Shown: positions 63,509 through 64,000 of the stretch, piece after piece | Numbering within the stretch: position 1 is the stretch's first letter | Layout: each line of letters begins with the position of its first letter | Assembly: GCF_009914755.1 (NCBI RefSeq) | Contig: NC_060939.1 | Length of the DNA: 64,000 nucleotides | Origin: the human T2T-CHM13v2.0 reference genome, Homo sapiens | Reading direction: 5' to 3' (one strand) | Position numbers and translations under genes: made by a program | Notes under the pieces: generated by a model | Told to the model about the DNA's origin: nothing | The model's database searches: none | Seen by the model: the letters and a program-made list of their open reading frames with translations, nothing else

Positions 63509-64000
63509 GTATTTTTATTAACAGTGGGATGACATCCTTCCAAGAATGCCTTGCTGAAGTGAAAGAACATTTACATTCATTTCTAGCTGCTAATGTAAGT
63601 CCAAAGAACATTCATTTTGAAAAATACAAAAATGACATAATTTTGCCCACTTGGTTTTCTCGCTTTTCCCCAACTTCCACGACCATGCTCTGCTGCTACT
63701 ACTGTATTCACTTGCTGGAGGTGTGCACCCTGTGGGAGCCGTCTTCATTGTCTTGGCTTTGGCTTGAAATGGAGGTTACATGCAGCGCATTGTCTTACAG
63801 GGTGTCCCCTGACCCGAATCATCACCCTTTGGGGAGCAAGACTATATGGAAAGTGTTTTCCTACTGTTTTTTGTGTGTGTGTGTGTGTGAGTGAGTGAGA
63901 CCATGCCAACAAAATGAAGCCATATTATTAAATGGTTTGTTAACTTCCAAATCTTGTCTCAATTGGGAAAAGAAAAATGCTTATTCGAGGATGCTGTTGA

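Overview
Primate (most likely human) Alu-rich, largely intergenic DNA. I can support no intact protein-coding exon; nearly all ORFs in the track are Alu, L1 or simple-repeat artefacts. The most informative object is a full-length processed NDUFB10 pseudogene on the minus strand (~10.2-11.34 kb). It is split exactly in its coding region by a solo HERV-H LTR7-family LTR, and it appears to preserve an ancestral N-terminal segment that, from my recall of the protein sequences, the current human protein lacks. Other notable items are a 17/34/68-bp hierarchical minisatellite, several nested transposons (including a TTAA-flanked piggyBac MER75), a two-part Alu under one TSD, a MADE1 MITE and a ~390-bp polypyrimidine tract. 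A strong CpG-island promoter with a short non-coding first exon lies at ~61.3 kb, and a smaller CpG-rich promoter-like region at ~4.0-4.6 kb may start a lncRNA. The layout reminds me of 14q24.3 between IRF2BPL and CIPC, but this is unverified recall and needs BLAT. I found no convincing novel multi-gene system. Repeat boundaries and subfamily names are by eye and approximate unless TSDs/TIRs are quoted.
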